64,000 nucleotides of DNA from Octopus vulgaris. Its lineage: Eukaryota. A program made the position numbers and the translations under genes. Positions 38,842 through 54,060 of this stretch are shown piece after piece. The notes under the pieces were generated by a model. That model searched no databases. It saw only the letters and a list, made by a program, of their open reading frames with translations, and was not told the origin of the DNA. Each line of letters begins with the position of its first letter. The first letter of the stretch is position 1. The stretch is taken from assembly GCA_951406725.2 (NCBI GenBank), contig OX597818.1, positions 18,786,001 to 18,850,000 of the forward strand, read 5' to 3'.

Positions 38842-39385
38842 GCTAAAATTGCTGCTTCTTTCTAGATATCATCAGAAAAAGGTAATTAAAATTCATTAAA
38901 ATGACAGATCTATCGGACTTTCAAAGTGGCCAAATTGTTGGTGCTCGTATGGCAGTCGCTAGCATAACGAAAAACAGCCGAAATGTTTGGTATATCAAGA
39001 AGTACTGTCTCGGAAACAATGACAGCTTTTGAGAAAGAGGGAAAGACCTCCACGTCGAAACAAAACTCGGAAGAAAACCAAAACTTTCAGACTGGGACCG
39101 TCTAACTCTAACGCGAATTGTTAGAAAGGATCACAAAAGCAAAACTCCCAAAATTACTGCAGAGCTTAATGACGGCTTCGACAACCCAGTTTCCACAAAA
39201 ACTGTTCACCGGGAACTGCACAAAGCTGGATTTCACGAGGGGGCTGCAATAAAAAAAAACCCACTACTTTCAAAAACAAACGTTGCAAAGCATTTAGAAT
39301 GGAATAAAAACCTACAGAATTGGTCCCTGGAGCAGTGGGAAAATGTTATTTTCTTGGACGAGTCATCCTTTACCTTATTTCCGAA
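38840..39385 (+). mobile_element. Tc1 transposon 5' half, same family as 10055-11027
   Basis: ATG at 38901: MTDLSDFQSGQIVGARMA...FGISRSTVS...RKPKLSD...KITAELN...RELHKAGF...QWENVIFLDESSFTLF (frameshifted). Confidence 0.85.
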
Positions 39386-39979
39386 AACTTTGCATCTGCT
39401 CATCCTCCATTATAAACCTTGTGAACTTAAAAACAAACATCAGTTTCATGTTGATCATTGTACAACATTTTTGTTAAGAAAGGTTTTTAGCAAGCGATTT
39501 AATTAATTACATTTCAAGAATTTGATATCTAGAATTTTGTTACTTCGTTGTCAAATATTTCATAAGATGTACTTGGTGCACTGTGAACTTATCCTATTTA
39601 TACCTTTTGTTGGTAGTTTAACAGCGTATTCTGTCACACAGTTCGCTAAAGTTCTTTTCTAGTTATGATATCTACCTGGTGTGTTTATATTAGATAATCA
39701 CTTTGCGCACTACAGGTATCTGTTAGCTGTTCTGGCTGAGTGGTAGTAACTGTGAACAAGTATTGACAGTCCAATAATTGTTATTACATATTTTCATACA
39801 ATCTCCAGCGATATTGTGAATAACTTATCATATTGGAGTGGTTGGTATTTTTTCCTACTCTCGTCAGAAATAACTTGTTATTTAATGATAATTTCAAGAA
39901 ATAGGAATTTTTTTATTAAAAAACATTTAAAAAAATGTTTGTGAAGTCCTCCTCTCTCTTTCCCTCTTTCATACTGCAT

Positions 39980-40013
<34 letters not shown>

Positions 40014-40298
40014 CACACACACATACACACAAACACACATACACATTATATGTTTTATTTCTTTTAACGTAAGAGGTAAATGTTTCCATTACGTATCAAT
40101 ATATATGAAAATAAAGATATAAAATTGTTTCCATATAATAGTTTTACTCTAAAACTATTAGTGTATGTACTCACTAGGTATGTTTTAAAGACACATACAC
40201 TCGAAAAGGAGAGGAAGAATCACATATCACTAAAACCCATTCCTATAGGAAAATGTTTTACTGAATATATTATATACACATACAGACATACATGCATG

Positions 40299-40330
<32 letters not shown>

Positions 40331-40460
40331 TGTATGTATATATGTATGTATGTATGTATGTATGCATGTATGTATGTTTGTTCCGTCTCTCTGTGTTCGT
40401 CTATCTTTCTCTCTATACACACATACACACACACACATACACCCCCACACACACATACAT

Positions 40461-40494
<34 letters not shown>

Positions 40495-40647
40495 GTATAT
40501 ATATATATATGTAAAATTACAATTAATTATAATTTCAATAATAATTATTACCTATGAGGTTTTTTTATTCCTATGCTAGCCACTTGATATGATCGGTATT
40601 TTAAATAACGATCTTATCCTTATATATATATATATATATATAAATAT

Positions 40648-40904
40648 AAGTACAGTGTACATTTAAACACATAAGAGATGACCATAATAGGACATAATAG
40701 GAAGCAACGCCAGTTGTAATTTAAAATTATTTTATTTACATAACATTGCAGAAACTATGCACAGTCCAGAAAAGATGGGGTAAATGTTTTTATTTTACAT
40801 TCAGAATTGCAACTATTTGTGGCTTGGAGTTTTAACTGCTCTTTCTAGTGAGTCAGATGTCCTGTTATGGTCATCACTTATGTGTTTAAATGTACACTGT
40901 ATTT
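40648..40904. repeat. Inverted repeat of about 48 bp around a ~160-bp spacer
   Basis: tacagtgtacatttaaacacataagagatgaccataataggacat versus atgtcctgttatggtcatcacttatgtgtttaaatgtacactgta. Confidence 0.85.
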
Positions 40905-41035
40905 TTCTATGAATAATATATAGTCTATTGACTAATTTTTTTCCTTCTCGCTAGGCCACTGGTAGCAAAGAATTTTTCTATAAATATTTTCTCTGCTACC
41001 CTAAGATTTTAAAAAATTTTTAAATGTATATATTA

Positions 41036-41119
<84 letters not shown>

Positions 41120-41189
41120 TAATATATATGTATATTTATAAAATTTAATCCAAACAAGAAAGCACAAAAAACACAACGCGAGGACGCGG

Positions 41190-41260
<71 letters not shown>

Positions 41261-41280
41261 TGTATGTATGTATGTATATA

Positions 41281-41366
<86 letters not shown>

Positions 41367-42609
41367 TATCAGCGTATGCTGCAGAAATATAATTTGTAAT
41401 GCTGATGATTGCGGCGACGTTTTGTTTACGATTTTTATCGATTTATTCAATGGCGGCTTCTGTCTAGATTTGCATGACTGGATGGCTTTGGAAAATTGAC
41501 TAGCCTCACTGGAGTTTAAATAACAATTATCATCAGAGAAACCAATTTTTCAGACAAATAAAGATGCCTGTTCTCGGAAGTATTTACCTTTTAAAATAAG
41601 TTAAGTTTGAGTTAACATCTAACGGAAATTATCTAGAATCACAGGTGTTGAAATAACAATCAACAGCTGAGAAAGCCATTTTTCGGAAAAAGAATGTACC
41701 TGTTTTCGAAACTGTTTACCAGTGAAGTAATTTAAGTTAGGGTAAGCTTCATCTCGGCCTCTTATTAACCGCTTTCTGTTGCTAGTATGTACTGATAGTG
41801 TGTTCTTCATCGTCATTTTCATGGCATCAAATTTTCTCATGCTTTAAATGCAATGGTAAAGTAGACTTAGAAGAATGCTTGTATAGTGTAACAGCTCACA
41901 GATTAAGTATCATAGTTTTAACGGTGTTGGTAATTTTTGATGTTGTCATCTATGTTCTACATGATCATAGACGTGACATCGCACATGTTACAAGTATATT
42001 TCGCAGCCTAGTTTGAATGACGATGTGTTTGTGAGTGAAATAAATGAAAAAGGAAACATCAAGTACATTTGGGAGAAATGTAGTCTGAATCCTACGGTAG
42101 CTATACTCTCTGGTCATCTTTTCTATTATCGTTCGCTTGTTGTATCTATCTTTTAGCCTTTATTTGTCATGGTGGGGTACCGCCTTGAGGAGTCTTTAGT
42201 CGAACGAATCGACCTCAATACTTCTTTTTTAAACAATTTTTAATAAAGGAAAGAATAACGGAGTTCCATCAATGGAATTTGCATAAAAAATATCATAGAT
42301 ATTGAACCTTCAAAATGTCTTTAATATTTTTATTGTTCTACTTACAGTTTGTATTTGTAACGTACATATTAGCTGATCACTTTCTTTACCTAAAATCGTA
42401 GCCTTTTGTGATGGCTGCTTAAATATTTACTAACATACCCAAGTGCATCAATGATTGTTGATACAGGTGTATGTTTGCATCTATGTATGTATGTAAGTAT
42501 GTATGTATGTATGTATGTATGTATGTATGTATGTATGTATGTATGTATGTATGTATGTATGCATGCATGTAGATATGTATGTATGTATGTATATATGTAT
42601 GTATGTATG

Positions 42610-42643
<34 letters not shown>

Positions 42644-43044
42644 TGTATGTATGTATGTATGTATGCAAGCATGTATGTGTGCATAGGCTGAATCTTTTAC
42701 ATCGTATATCACATCTCCATTATGTATTGCATAAAATTGGCTGACAGTAGCCGAAAAAAAGGCAAAAACGCTCGAGGAAAATTCTATTGTGAATTGAAAG
42801 CACGTGTCAATATGGATAGTATGCACACTGAATTCTTACTAAAATAGGCACCTATCATTACTATATTTGTACCAAAGAGTGCAGGTTCCTTGAAAGACTA
42901 AAAAGCCGCATCCGTGTTATTCATGTTTGAGAACATTCAAGCGAAGGTATCGCTCGAAATCGAGTTGCTGCCGTCATGTGTGTATATGTGCCATCATGCA
43001 CGTATGTATATGCGTATGTGAGTATGTTTTTGTATGTATACTCC

Positions 43045-43269
43045 TTTATTCTTTTACTTGTTTCAGTCACTTGACTGTGGCCATGCTGGAGCACCGCCTT
43101 TAGTCGAGCAAATCGACCCCGGGACTTATTCTTTATTAGCCCGGTACTTATTCTATCGGTCTCTTTTACCGAAACGCTAAGTTACGGGGACGTAAACACA
43201 CCAGCATCGGTTGTCAAGCGATGTTAGGGGAACAAACACAGACACAAACGTATACACACACGTACATAT

Positions 43270-43300
<31 letters not shown>

Positions 43301-43462
43301 CGACGGGCTTCTTTCTGTTTCCGTCTACCAAATCCATCCACAAAGCTTTGATTGGTCCGAGGCTATAGTAGAAGACACCTGCCCAAGGTGCTACGCAGTT
43401 GGACTGAACTCGGAACCATGTGGTTGGTAAGCAAGCCACTTACCACACAGCTACTCCTGCAC
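43045..43462 (-). mobile_element. SINE family A copy
   Basis: Full-length reverse-complement match to 4243-4690. Confidence 0.88.
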
Positions 43463-43485
43463 ATATAAAACTTAAGCGGAATATA

Positions 43486-43557
43486 TTCCCATTCCGGGAA
43501 TCGAACCCCAGCCGCCCGGGTGAATGTTAGGAATCCGAACCACTAGACCACATGGGA
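43486..43557 (-). pseudogene. tRNA-Glu(TTC) pseudogene
   Basis: TCCCATGTGGTCTAGTGGTTCGGATTCCTAACATTCACCCGGGCGGCTGGGGTTCGATTCCCGGAATGGGAA: Glu-type acceptor and D arm; anticodon and T stems broken. Confidence 0.78.
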
Positions 43558-44590
43558 ATGCATGTTTTTATATACTAATAGATATTTGTTCATGTTTATG
43601 TATAGTTGCATATATTTCAGTTCCACATTCTTTAAAAACGGATTTCTACCCGAATGACCATATTTTAATTTTCAGCTCAGTCTTGTATAGAATTACAGAA
43701 ACCAGATGATGGAGAGTTGCCCAAGCAGCTTTCTGTCATCGATTTTTCGAAATAAATTTGGTTGTGGTTTAATTAACTCTTAATGATTATTGACTAGGGG
43801 CAAGGTGAATAATGTGGATCGAGATGGGTGGGTTAGGGAGACAAGAAGTGGGAGGAGGAGGAGAAGAAGAAAATGAAGGGAAGAAGAGAATATATTGGGA
43901 AGAAAAGAAAACGAAGAGAAGGATATTGTCGGTGTTGTTGTTGTTGTTGTTGTTGCTGCTGCTGCTGCTGTTGTTGTTGTTGTTGTTGTTGTTGATGAGG
44001 ATGATGATGATGTTGGAGAAGAATGAACAAGAGGAAAAAGAAAATGAAGAAAAATTGAAGAAGGAGGAGGAGAAGCAATAAGAGATGGGATGGGAAGAAG
44101 AAGAAGGGGCGACGACACGAGTAATAGTAGAAAGGAAATAATATGAAGTAGGAGGTGGAGGAAAAGAAGGGGGAAATCTATAGTAGTAATGGCGGTGGTG
44201 GTAGTAACAAGAAGAAAAAGAAAGAGGAGAGGAGGAGGAGGTGCAGAAGGAGAAGGAAAAGAAGGGAAAGAAGTTGATGATGATGGTGACGACGATGACG
44301 ACGATGATGAGGAGGAGGAGGGTGACGACGTCGACGATAACGATGGTACCGATGCTGACGGTGGGGACGACTGCATCTACTGTGACAATAGCGATAATAA
44401 CAATGGCTGACAATGATAATGATGCCTATGACAGTGATGTTGATGCGGGATCGAAAATCGAAATCACGCTCCCTCTTCATGACTACTGGTTACGAACAAC
44501 ATCATCTCAGCACGTTAATAAAGATCATCTTGACCTTTGCCATAAATCTTTACAAAGCCCCGCGCATACTTGCGTATACCTACGTGTGTT

Positions 44591-44634
<44 letters not shown>

Positions 44635-44732
44635 GACTGTTGAAAAGTGACATACGAGTTGGTATGTATAGGGAAATAAGACAAGGTAGAAAATGCTACA
44701 ATAATTTTATCATGAAATACATTTTGTTATGT

Positions 44733-44770
44733 TTAGTACCGATTTCTGTCTTGTCGACATTTTCAAGTAA
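44733..44770 (-). ncRNA. Minimal hammerhead, U3-A8 variant
   Basis: TTAc-TTGAAAA-TGTCgacaaGACA-GAA-ATCGGT-A|cTAA. Confidence 0.68.
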
Positions 44771-44888
44771 GAGTCAAAGCAAAGGTGGATACTAATGAAG
44801 AAGAAAGAAAATTAAATTGAATAAAACATTAAATGATATGTTTTGTAAATATTCAAAATCTTCAAATGAGTAGAACATTTTCCTTTTT

Positions 44889-44925
<37 letters not shown>

Positions 44926-45081
44926 TTTTCTCTAACAAGGGAAAAGAGAGAGACACATACAAAAAAGGAAAATATCCTACCCATTTGAAGACTATGACAA
45001 TATTTACAAAACATTTCATTTCATATTTTTCTTCAATTTAATTGTTTTTCTTCATAATTAATATCCACCTTTGTTTTACTC

Positions 45082-45119
45082 TTAGTTGAAAAAGTCGAAA
45101 AGACACAAACCGGTACTAA
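45082..45119 (+). ncRNA. Minimal hammerhead, U3-A8 variant (G12C decayed)
   Basis: TTAG-TTGAAAA-aGTCgaaaaGACa-CAA-ACCGGT-A|CTAA. Confidence 0.58.
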
Positions 45120-45179
45120 CCATTACAAAATGTATTTCATGATAAAATTATTTTAGCATCTTCTATTTTGACTTATTTT

Positions 45180-45294
<115 letters not shown>

Positions 45295-45625
45295 ATAGTG
45301 AAACTGTACACCTCTCCCGGTGAAAGGTGGTAGTGACAGTCATTACAGATATACTAATAGCCGGTAGACGGGGGAAGGTCAGGAAGGTTGACAGTACGTG
45401 TAGACTGTGTTGATAGTCGTGTCTGTGCTGATACAGTAATTATCCTGTAATACTGAGTGGACGTTATAACCCTCTAGCCTTTTGAGGGTGATAACACTGT
45501 ACGACTTGGGGTCGTATAGTGCAAGATAGAACCATTCTATTGACGACTTCGGAATATAACAATATCTGTTAGAGTGACAACCGTCGTGAAAAGACATATA
45601 ACGATGGTAAAAGACCGCTTTATAG

Positions 45626-45673
<48 letters not shown>

Positions 45674-45676
45674 GTT

Positions 45677-46177
<501 letters not shown>

Positions 46178-46194
46178 TATATATATATATATAT

Positions 46195-46542
46195 TTAATG
46201 TAGGATAAAAGTTTTTCGAAAAAAAATGTTATCATAGCCCAGCATATTAAAAAATACCTTTAAAGGTTAAAATTATAAACAACTTATAAATAAGGGCAAA
46301 CGAAAAATTTCTAATGCCAAATATGCCGAAAAATTGGACATATTGTCCATTACCATATAATTTTTCACAATATGCACGCTACTCGAAAGAAAGCCGACAG
46401 AAATGGAATTTTTTAGAAATTTCTGTTGGCTTTTTTTCGAGTAGCGTGCGTATTGTGAAAAATTATATGGTAATGGACAATATGTCCAATTTTTCGGCAT
46501 ATTTGGCATTAGAAATTTTTTCGTTTGCCCTTATTTATAAGT

Positions 46543-46543
<1 letters not shown>
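46195..46543. repeat. Foldback: arms 46281-46404 / 46419-46543, 14-nt loop; same family as 17962-18195
   Basis: Direct comparison; ORF track gives the same peptide start MPNMPKNWTYCPLPYNFSQYARYSK on both strands. Confidence 0.93.
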
Positions 46544-46588
<45 letters not shown>

Positions 46589-46644
46589 ATATATACATAT
46601 ATATTTATAGACCGAGGTACCCGATCCAACTCAGGGATGGTTTC

Positions 46645-46872
46645 CAGTATAGCGCGCGTATGTATGTACCTGTGCCCTTTCTCTCCCATTACTAATCTGA
46701 CAACTGATGTCGGTTTATCAATGTCCCGTAATCTAATGGTTCGGCAAAATGGCGGTCGAGAGAATAAGTATATAGCTTAAAATAAGTACTGAAGTCGATC
46801 TCTTCAACTAAAACCCTTCGAAGCTATGCCCCAGCATGGCGTCGGTCCAATGATTGGAACGGGGAAAAGTGT
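46645..46872 (+). mobile_element. SINE family A 3' part, degenerate
   Basis: tgacaactgatgtcgg...ggttcggcaaaa...agaataagta...ccagcatggc. Confidence 0.6.
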
Positions 46873-47391
46873 AAATGAGTATTTCTTCAATTTTCGTTCC
46901 CTTGTTAACACTCTGTATAGCGTAACGCTCGAACATGTTTAGTTATGAGAGAAATTCTCTCAGATTATATCACGTATTTTCGTTCCGTACTTAAATTGTT
47001 TCAAGCATAACACCAGAAAACACGAATCCCATGACAAGCTGATATAGAACGAAATGATTTTTCAAAAAAGTATCTTTTATTTAAATTGAAATAGCTCAAG
47101 CCGAAACTCATGTTCTGTGTAGGTTTTAAAAGTTGGCTTTGTATGCATAGCTGGAAACATTCTAACTGAATAGAGAATTATGCAGTAAAACAAGATTTCA
47201 TGTTTCATCCACAGTTGTTTATATATAACTCTTTCTCTTCTTTTTCATGTCTCAATGTTTTTACTTTGAACGTCTAGACAAATTTGCATAAGATTTTGTT
47301 TGTTTATTTTTAAAAACCTTTTTCCATAATTTTCCTCTTCACTTGTTATTTATTCGTTTCAAATTTGTATATTATTATTATTATTATTATC

Positions 47392-47475
<84 letters not shown>

Positions 47476-47477
<2 letters not shown>

Positions 47478-47670
47478 GGTGGCAATTTAGCAAAATCTTT
47501 ACCACGCCGGGAAAAATGTTTAACGTCTGTCTGTTCGTTCTACTGCAGTCGACTTTGCCTTTCATCCTTTCGGGGTCGATAAATTAAGGACCGATTGAGC
47601 ACTGGGGTCGATGTAATCGACTTATCACTTACCCTCGGACCTGTTGGCTTAGTGACAACATTTGAAATCA
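47476..47670 (+). mobile_element. SINE family B copy between (TTA)n and (ATC)n
   Basis: gtcgactttgcctttcatcctttcggggtcgataaattaag core. Confidence 0.8.
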
Positions 47671-47700
47671 CCACCACCACCACCACTACCATCATCATCC

Positions 47701-47821
<121 letters not shown>

Positions 47822-47839
47822 TATTCAGTAGTCTTCTTT

Positions 47840-48185
47840 TTATCACGTACTTTCACTGCACTACCGAGCGCAGTTCTGTGTGCCTTGGCTATGCGCTGTG
47901 ATTTGTTGTGGTGCTCTTACTTTCACAGTATTGAAGTGCTTTACGTAGGATGTGCATGGTGCCTAGTAATGTTATTTGCTCTATTTTATATACATTTGTA
48001 TGTCCTGATGTTTTGGTCATATATTTGAATGCTTTTTTTTTTATCATACCTAATGCACCTACTATTATAAGAGCTGTTTCTGTTTTTAGGCTTCACATTT
48101 GAGTTACCTCTATCTCCAGATCTTTGTATTTTGCTAGTTTCTCCGTTTCTTTTAGAGATGCATTGTCATGTGTTGGTACTGATAA
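47840..48185 (-). mobile_element. R4/Dong-like LINE 3' fragment
   Basis: Minus strand VPTHDNASLKETEKLAKYKDLEIEVTQM*SLKTETALIIVGALGMIKK, similar to the end of ORF 59765-60637. Confidence 0.8.
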
Positions 48186-49014
48186 GCAGATTAGAATGCA
48201 TTTTATTATTATTACTATTATTATTATTATTATTATTATTGTTGTTGTTGTTGTTGTTGTTTATGTTGTTGCTAATGATAAAGCAAAGGTAGTGAGAATA
48301 TACGTATATATAATTCATTTTGGCCCCATCCTGTATTTGGCTGCTTTATTTTCAGACATATCACATTGTAGATAATATTCCAGAGCGGAGAAATTTACGA
48401 AAGCTTCACTAGATTGACGTCATATCCATGTGATAGGATATAATTGAGATTTACCCGCTGACTACTTGGCACCAAAGAGACCGGAATTTATGCACCGACT
48501 GTCAAACCGCTTCCTTACAGCGTTTCAACTATTCCATACCAAAAGAAATACACCATTATTGTCATATAAAATCTCCAGGGTAGCTCAACTATATTTCATG
48601 GAAAGTGCTATTTCCTGAATTATGTCATACTCTTATTCTCTCTATAATTAACACTGTTGTTATTGTTGCTTCACTCTAAGGTTAGAACAAATACAGTAGA
48701 CCTATGACCAAGGGTGATCTAGTCGTCATTTTCCTGTCTTTTATTTGGACATATTTTGTGTGGGACTACAATCCTTGTTAATAGACTAAAGGGTATGTGC
48801 AATTTGAAGGGATATTTTTTTTAACAAGTCAAACAACTGCCTAGAAGTAGATCTTTAGTTAGCTCATGATCTCTGCGGCCGATGAGGTGGAGGATGACGC
48901 CGACATTGAACTTCGTCATCATCATCATCATCATCAACATAATTCGTATTTATCACAGGCACCACCACACCCGCCGCCACTGCCACCTCCACCGTCGCGG
49001 AGATGGTGGCTATT

Positions 49015-49883
<869 letters not shown>

Positions 49884-49899
49884 TATAGCATTTTTTTCT

Positions 49900-50095
49900 T
49901 ACTACTATAGGTTCAGGACCTGATATTTTTCGGGTAAGTTCAAGCTGATTACATCAACTCCAATGTTAACCTGATACTTATTTTATCGATAAAAGGCAAA
50001 AATCGACCTCAATGGCATTTTAAATTAGAACATAATTCAGTTGAAATGCAGCTAAGCATATTTTGTCTGGCGTGCTAACGATTCTGCTAGTTAGC
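49900..50095 (-). mobile_element. SINE family B copy, degenerate
   Basis: acttattttatcga...aaaggcaaaaatcgacctc...ggcgtgctaacgattctgctag. Confidence 0.65.
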
Positions 50096-51179
50096 CTTTA
50101 GTCGTGACAACAATAGGATACGTTCTCCGCCGATCGATGATGTCCGAGCATATACGCATACATATGCATGCCTGGGCAAGATTTTCTGAGGAAGACTTGC
50201 TGTTGCTTGTGCATATAAGTTTGCCCTGTCTATGCCATAGATGTTTAGTCAAGAGAACGGTCGACAATTTTTGTCGACATAGATTTGCGGTAGTGTTACT
50301 GGATTCGTTACTTACAAGATGCAAAAAAGAAAAAAAATAATAACTAGAACAGATGCCGCAAGTAATCTCATCCGATTGTCTAACCTTACTGTTAATCCGC
50401 CGCCCTAGATTATTATGTTTTTTCTCGACTTTGAAATAATGAAATGCAAATTTGACCTCAACCGGGATTTAAGCAGTGAGTTGGAAGAATGATGACAAAA
50501 AAAACCCGCCAAAAAACAAAAACAAAGAATACTTGAGGTATTCACTCCAAAACGTTAGCAGCTCTGCCAGTTCGCCGCCGTAACAACAACGATCCGATAG
50601 CAGATATACATTAAATTGGATATGACATCTGCAGATGTTTCAAGCTGAGAATATTTATTGCAATATTATATGTTAATGAGATTTCATACAATTCGAAAGC
50701 GTATATTTCTGCTAAATATCTAACAGCTTTGCTATTGAAGAATTTGAAGACATATATTGTATGATATGCTGTTTATAAATTTCCAAAATATGCAATAAAT
50801 ATGGTTAGTTGACATTTCTAACTTGTATTTTATCCACATCCAGAAACAAAAGGAGTACGAATGCTTTTCTTGTTTTGTTTTTTTTTTTTACGCTGCAAAT
50901 TGTAATTGCATTTGGTAAAGTTATAACACATTAATGGCACACAGAATCTTCCAAGATTATAGTACCGCGGAATATATATATATTTTTAAGCGCAGTCTTC
51001 GGTTATGCAATCCTTTCACTGATGATGAAGATGAAAATGAAGATGATGGTGATGATGGAGATGGTTGTAACAACAACAACAACAACAATGATAATAACAA
51101 TAACTTACCACTGCTGCTGCTACTACCGCTACTGCTGCTGCTGCTACTACTATTACTACAACAATAACAACAACAACAA

Positions 51180-51360
<181 letters not shown>

Positions 51361-51455
51361 CTATCTAGCTATCTATATATTTATCTATCTATTTGATATG
51401 GAGGCATCAGATAAAAAAGACATCACAACTAGTCATACAGAATGGCAGTCTATAA

Positions 51456-51965
51456 TAGGGGGTACCCAAAAAGAAATCGTAATTTTGCTATATTATTTAA
51501 TTCGCTTAGCTTTACATGTTTACACAAGTTCGGCAATTGTTCGGTGACAGTCCTCCAAGATCAGTTCATGAATTTTCATGATGTTTTCATTCGATTAGGA
51601 GATCGACGGACGCCCTGAACGAGGCTGGTCTTCAGGTGACAAGTGACCATTCCTAAAGCGTGAAAACCACTCGTTAACTTCTGTTTTGCCCATGTCAGCG
51701 TCCTTGTAAGCTGTTTGAACCATGACAACTGTTTCGGCCGCCGTTTTCCCCAACTGAAAACAGAATTTCACGGCAGCACGTTTTTCCTTCTCTTCCGCCA
51801 TTGCAAAAATCGACGAACAGGGGAGAAGCACTGCAAAACAACGACGTACCACGTGGCAGTAGGACCACAACGGAAAACATCAGTCGGCAGACTGATGTTT
51901 AAGCGTCGCATCAAATGGCTTCTAACGTCGAGAACATTTCCGGTTACTTTTGGGTTCCTCCTCGT
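51456..51965 (-). mobile_element. Internally deleted mariner with both TIRs
   Basis: RAAVKFCFQLGKTAAETVVMVQTAYKD..MGKTEVNEWFSRFRNG..SPEDQPRSGRPS; ends gggggtacccaaaaagaaatcg versus rc gaggaggaacccaaaagtaaccgg. Confidence 0.8.
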
Positions 51966-52734
51966 TTAATAGTGTGAGGAGTTAGGAAAAGAAAAGAAGA
52001 TAAGTATACATGATATACATACTCGTGTAAACAAATATGATATATTCTTCCTGACACAGGAGCACTGCCATCAAGGGCCAATTGAGGAATCCTAAAGTCC
52101 TAAAGTTACACTGACCACCAACAGTAAGTATAATATCCAACAAGTACTCACCGACCTAAAGGTGCATGACTAATCGTGTTCCATCCACAAGTAACTTCAT
52201 CTTAATCTCCCTTCATCTGACACATTTTTACCCTATTTTACCCTTCAACAAAGAGGGAAATGTCTGTCAGCGTCTTCTACCATACAACCTGTTTCACTAT
52301 AGTTGCCAGGCAGAAAAACGCTGCTTTACCTTGGTGCGATTTTCTTGATCGACTCGGCCGATAACCAGGTCAGGTCAAGTATGGGAGGACGTGCCGTTGC
52401 AACGCATTGCTGCATCGACTATTTGTCGATATTTGCTCGTGATGTCTCCGGCAACTCTCCGAACAATGTCTCAGTCAGTGCCCATCTTTGTGAGACATAT
52501 TTTCAACCGCCGTGACCATTTGGGATGTAGTCAACCAACTCGAGCCATCACCCCAGACGTATTCTTAGAGAACACGATACAGATAAACGGATTCGAATAA
52601 TTATATAATTGAGTAAGAAAGGGTATTTATTGTACGTCTCTTTTATTGCGTATGTATGTACGGATCGATGGATGCATACGCATACATGTATGCTTGTATG
52701 CATGCATGTATGTATGTATGTATGTCTCTTCTAT

Positions 52735-54060
52735 TTTTTAATTGTTATATGTCCTCCACTGAGGAGGGAGCCGGTTTCCAACAAAGATACAAGACTCCAT
52801 CCACATACAAATTCACATTTGGAACTTGAGAAACGTCTTGCATATTTTTATTGTTCAATTCACAGATTGCACTTGTAATGTACGAATTAGCCAGTCGATT
52901 TTTCTTTCTGAAAATCCCAGTTAATCCAGATTCTCCTTTAAGCATTTACTAACAAAACCTAGTGCTCCAATTCTTATTGGTATGAATATGAATTCATAGT
53001 CTGGATATAGAAGCTGGAGGTTTTAAAGCAGTTGTCCATAGATATTCTCTCTTTCTTTGAAAATCGAAAAGATATATACATATATATATATATGTAGAGC
53101 AGCTGACCACTATGATAGTACATACCTTTTCCCCTCTGTCCCAAACAACAATATCCAGCCTGTTATGTCTACATTTGACAGAAGTTTTGATGGGGATATT
53201 CCACCAGTATTCCTTGAGTTGGTGTTTATGAATGTATTCCATAAGAGAGGGATTTTCTAAGTTTATTTCTGGACAGTCTCTTTTGCGGATAGCATTGTAA
53301 ATTGTTTTAGCAACAACATCATGCCGCACAGGAAGGTAGTACCGTGGTGACATTTTAGAACAGCTGCTAACCACATGACTGATGTCTTCTACAGAAACAT
53401 GACATAGTCTAAACATGCGGTTACACCTTGGGATTACAAGTGTGTCACTGTCTCTCTTGTTCACCAGGTACTTTGTGACAATCTCCTGTTCCTGGATTGC
53501 AAATGTATGTATGTATGTATGTATGTATGTATGTATGTATGTATGTATGTATGTATGTATGTATGTATGTATGTATGTATGTATGTATGTATGTATGCAT
53601 GCATGTATGTATGTATGTATGTATGTATGTATGTATGTATGTATGCATGTATGTTTGCATGTATGTATGCATGCATGCATGCATGCATGTATGTATGTAT
53701 GTATGTATGTATGTATGTATGTATGTATGTATGTATGTATGCCCTTCTCTCTTTTCAGTTTGAAGTAAATTTAGACCAGTTACCAGCTTAATAGCAAGGT
53801 TACGAAGGAAAGCATTTGTTTTGTTCATCAAACTTTCATCAAACTGTTCATCTTAAGATCTTGCATATTTTTATTGTCCCAGATAAGGCGATCATTTGTA
53901 ATTTTCCAAGAACCCAATTTCAGCCACACTTTGCTCCAGGTAGGGGGAGATGGTGGGAGGTACGCAATAATCTTCAAGAAAGTACTTTTTATATTTTCGC
54001 GTGAAAACTATAACATTTCCTTTGCTGTTGCCAACGTCATTTGCAGCCACTACCAACTTG
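52735..54060 (-). mobile_element. R4/Dong-like (RLE-type) LINE 3' remnant with internal microsatellites
   Basis: FAIQEQEIVTKYL, RLCHVSVEDISHVVSSC, RHDVVAK, YWWNIPIKT..CRHNRLDIVVWD. Confidence 0.82.

Noticed and set aside
39825-39870. CTGACGA-GAGT...ACTC on the minus strand
   Set aside because: GAAA absent and stem I weak; could be chance
41620-42010. Possible hAT/BED-finger remnant (YKHSSKSTLPLHLKH) on the minus strand
   Set aside because: Too degenerate to call without an HMM search
52380-52600. Possible RTE-like LINE 3' remnant on the minus strand
   Set aside because: Only vague similarity; no firm motif
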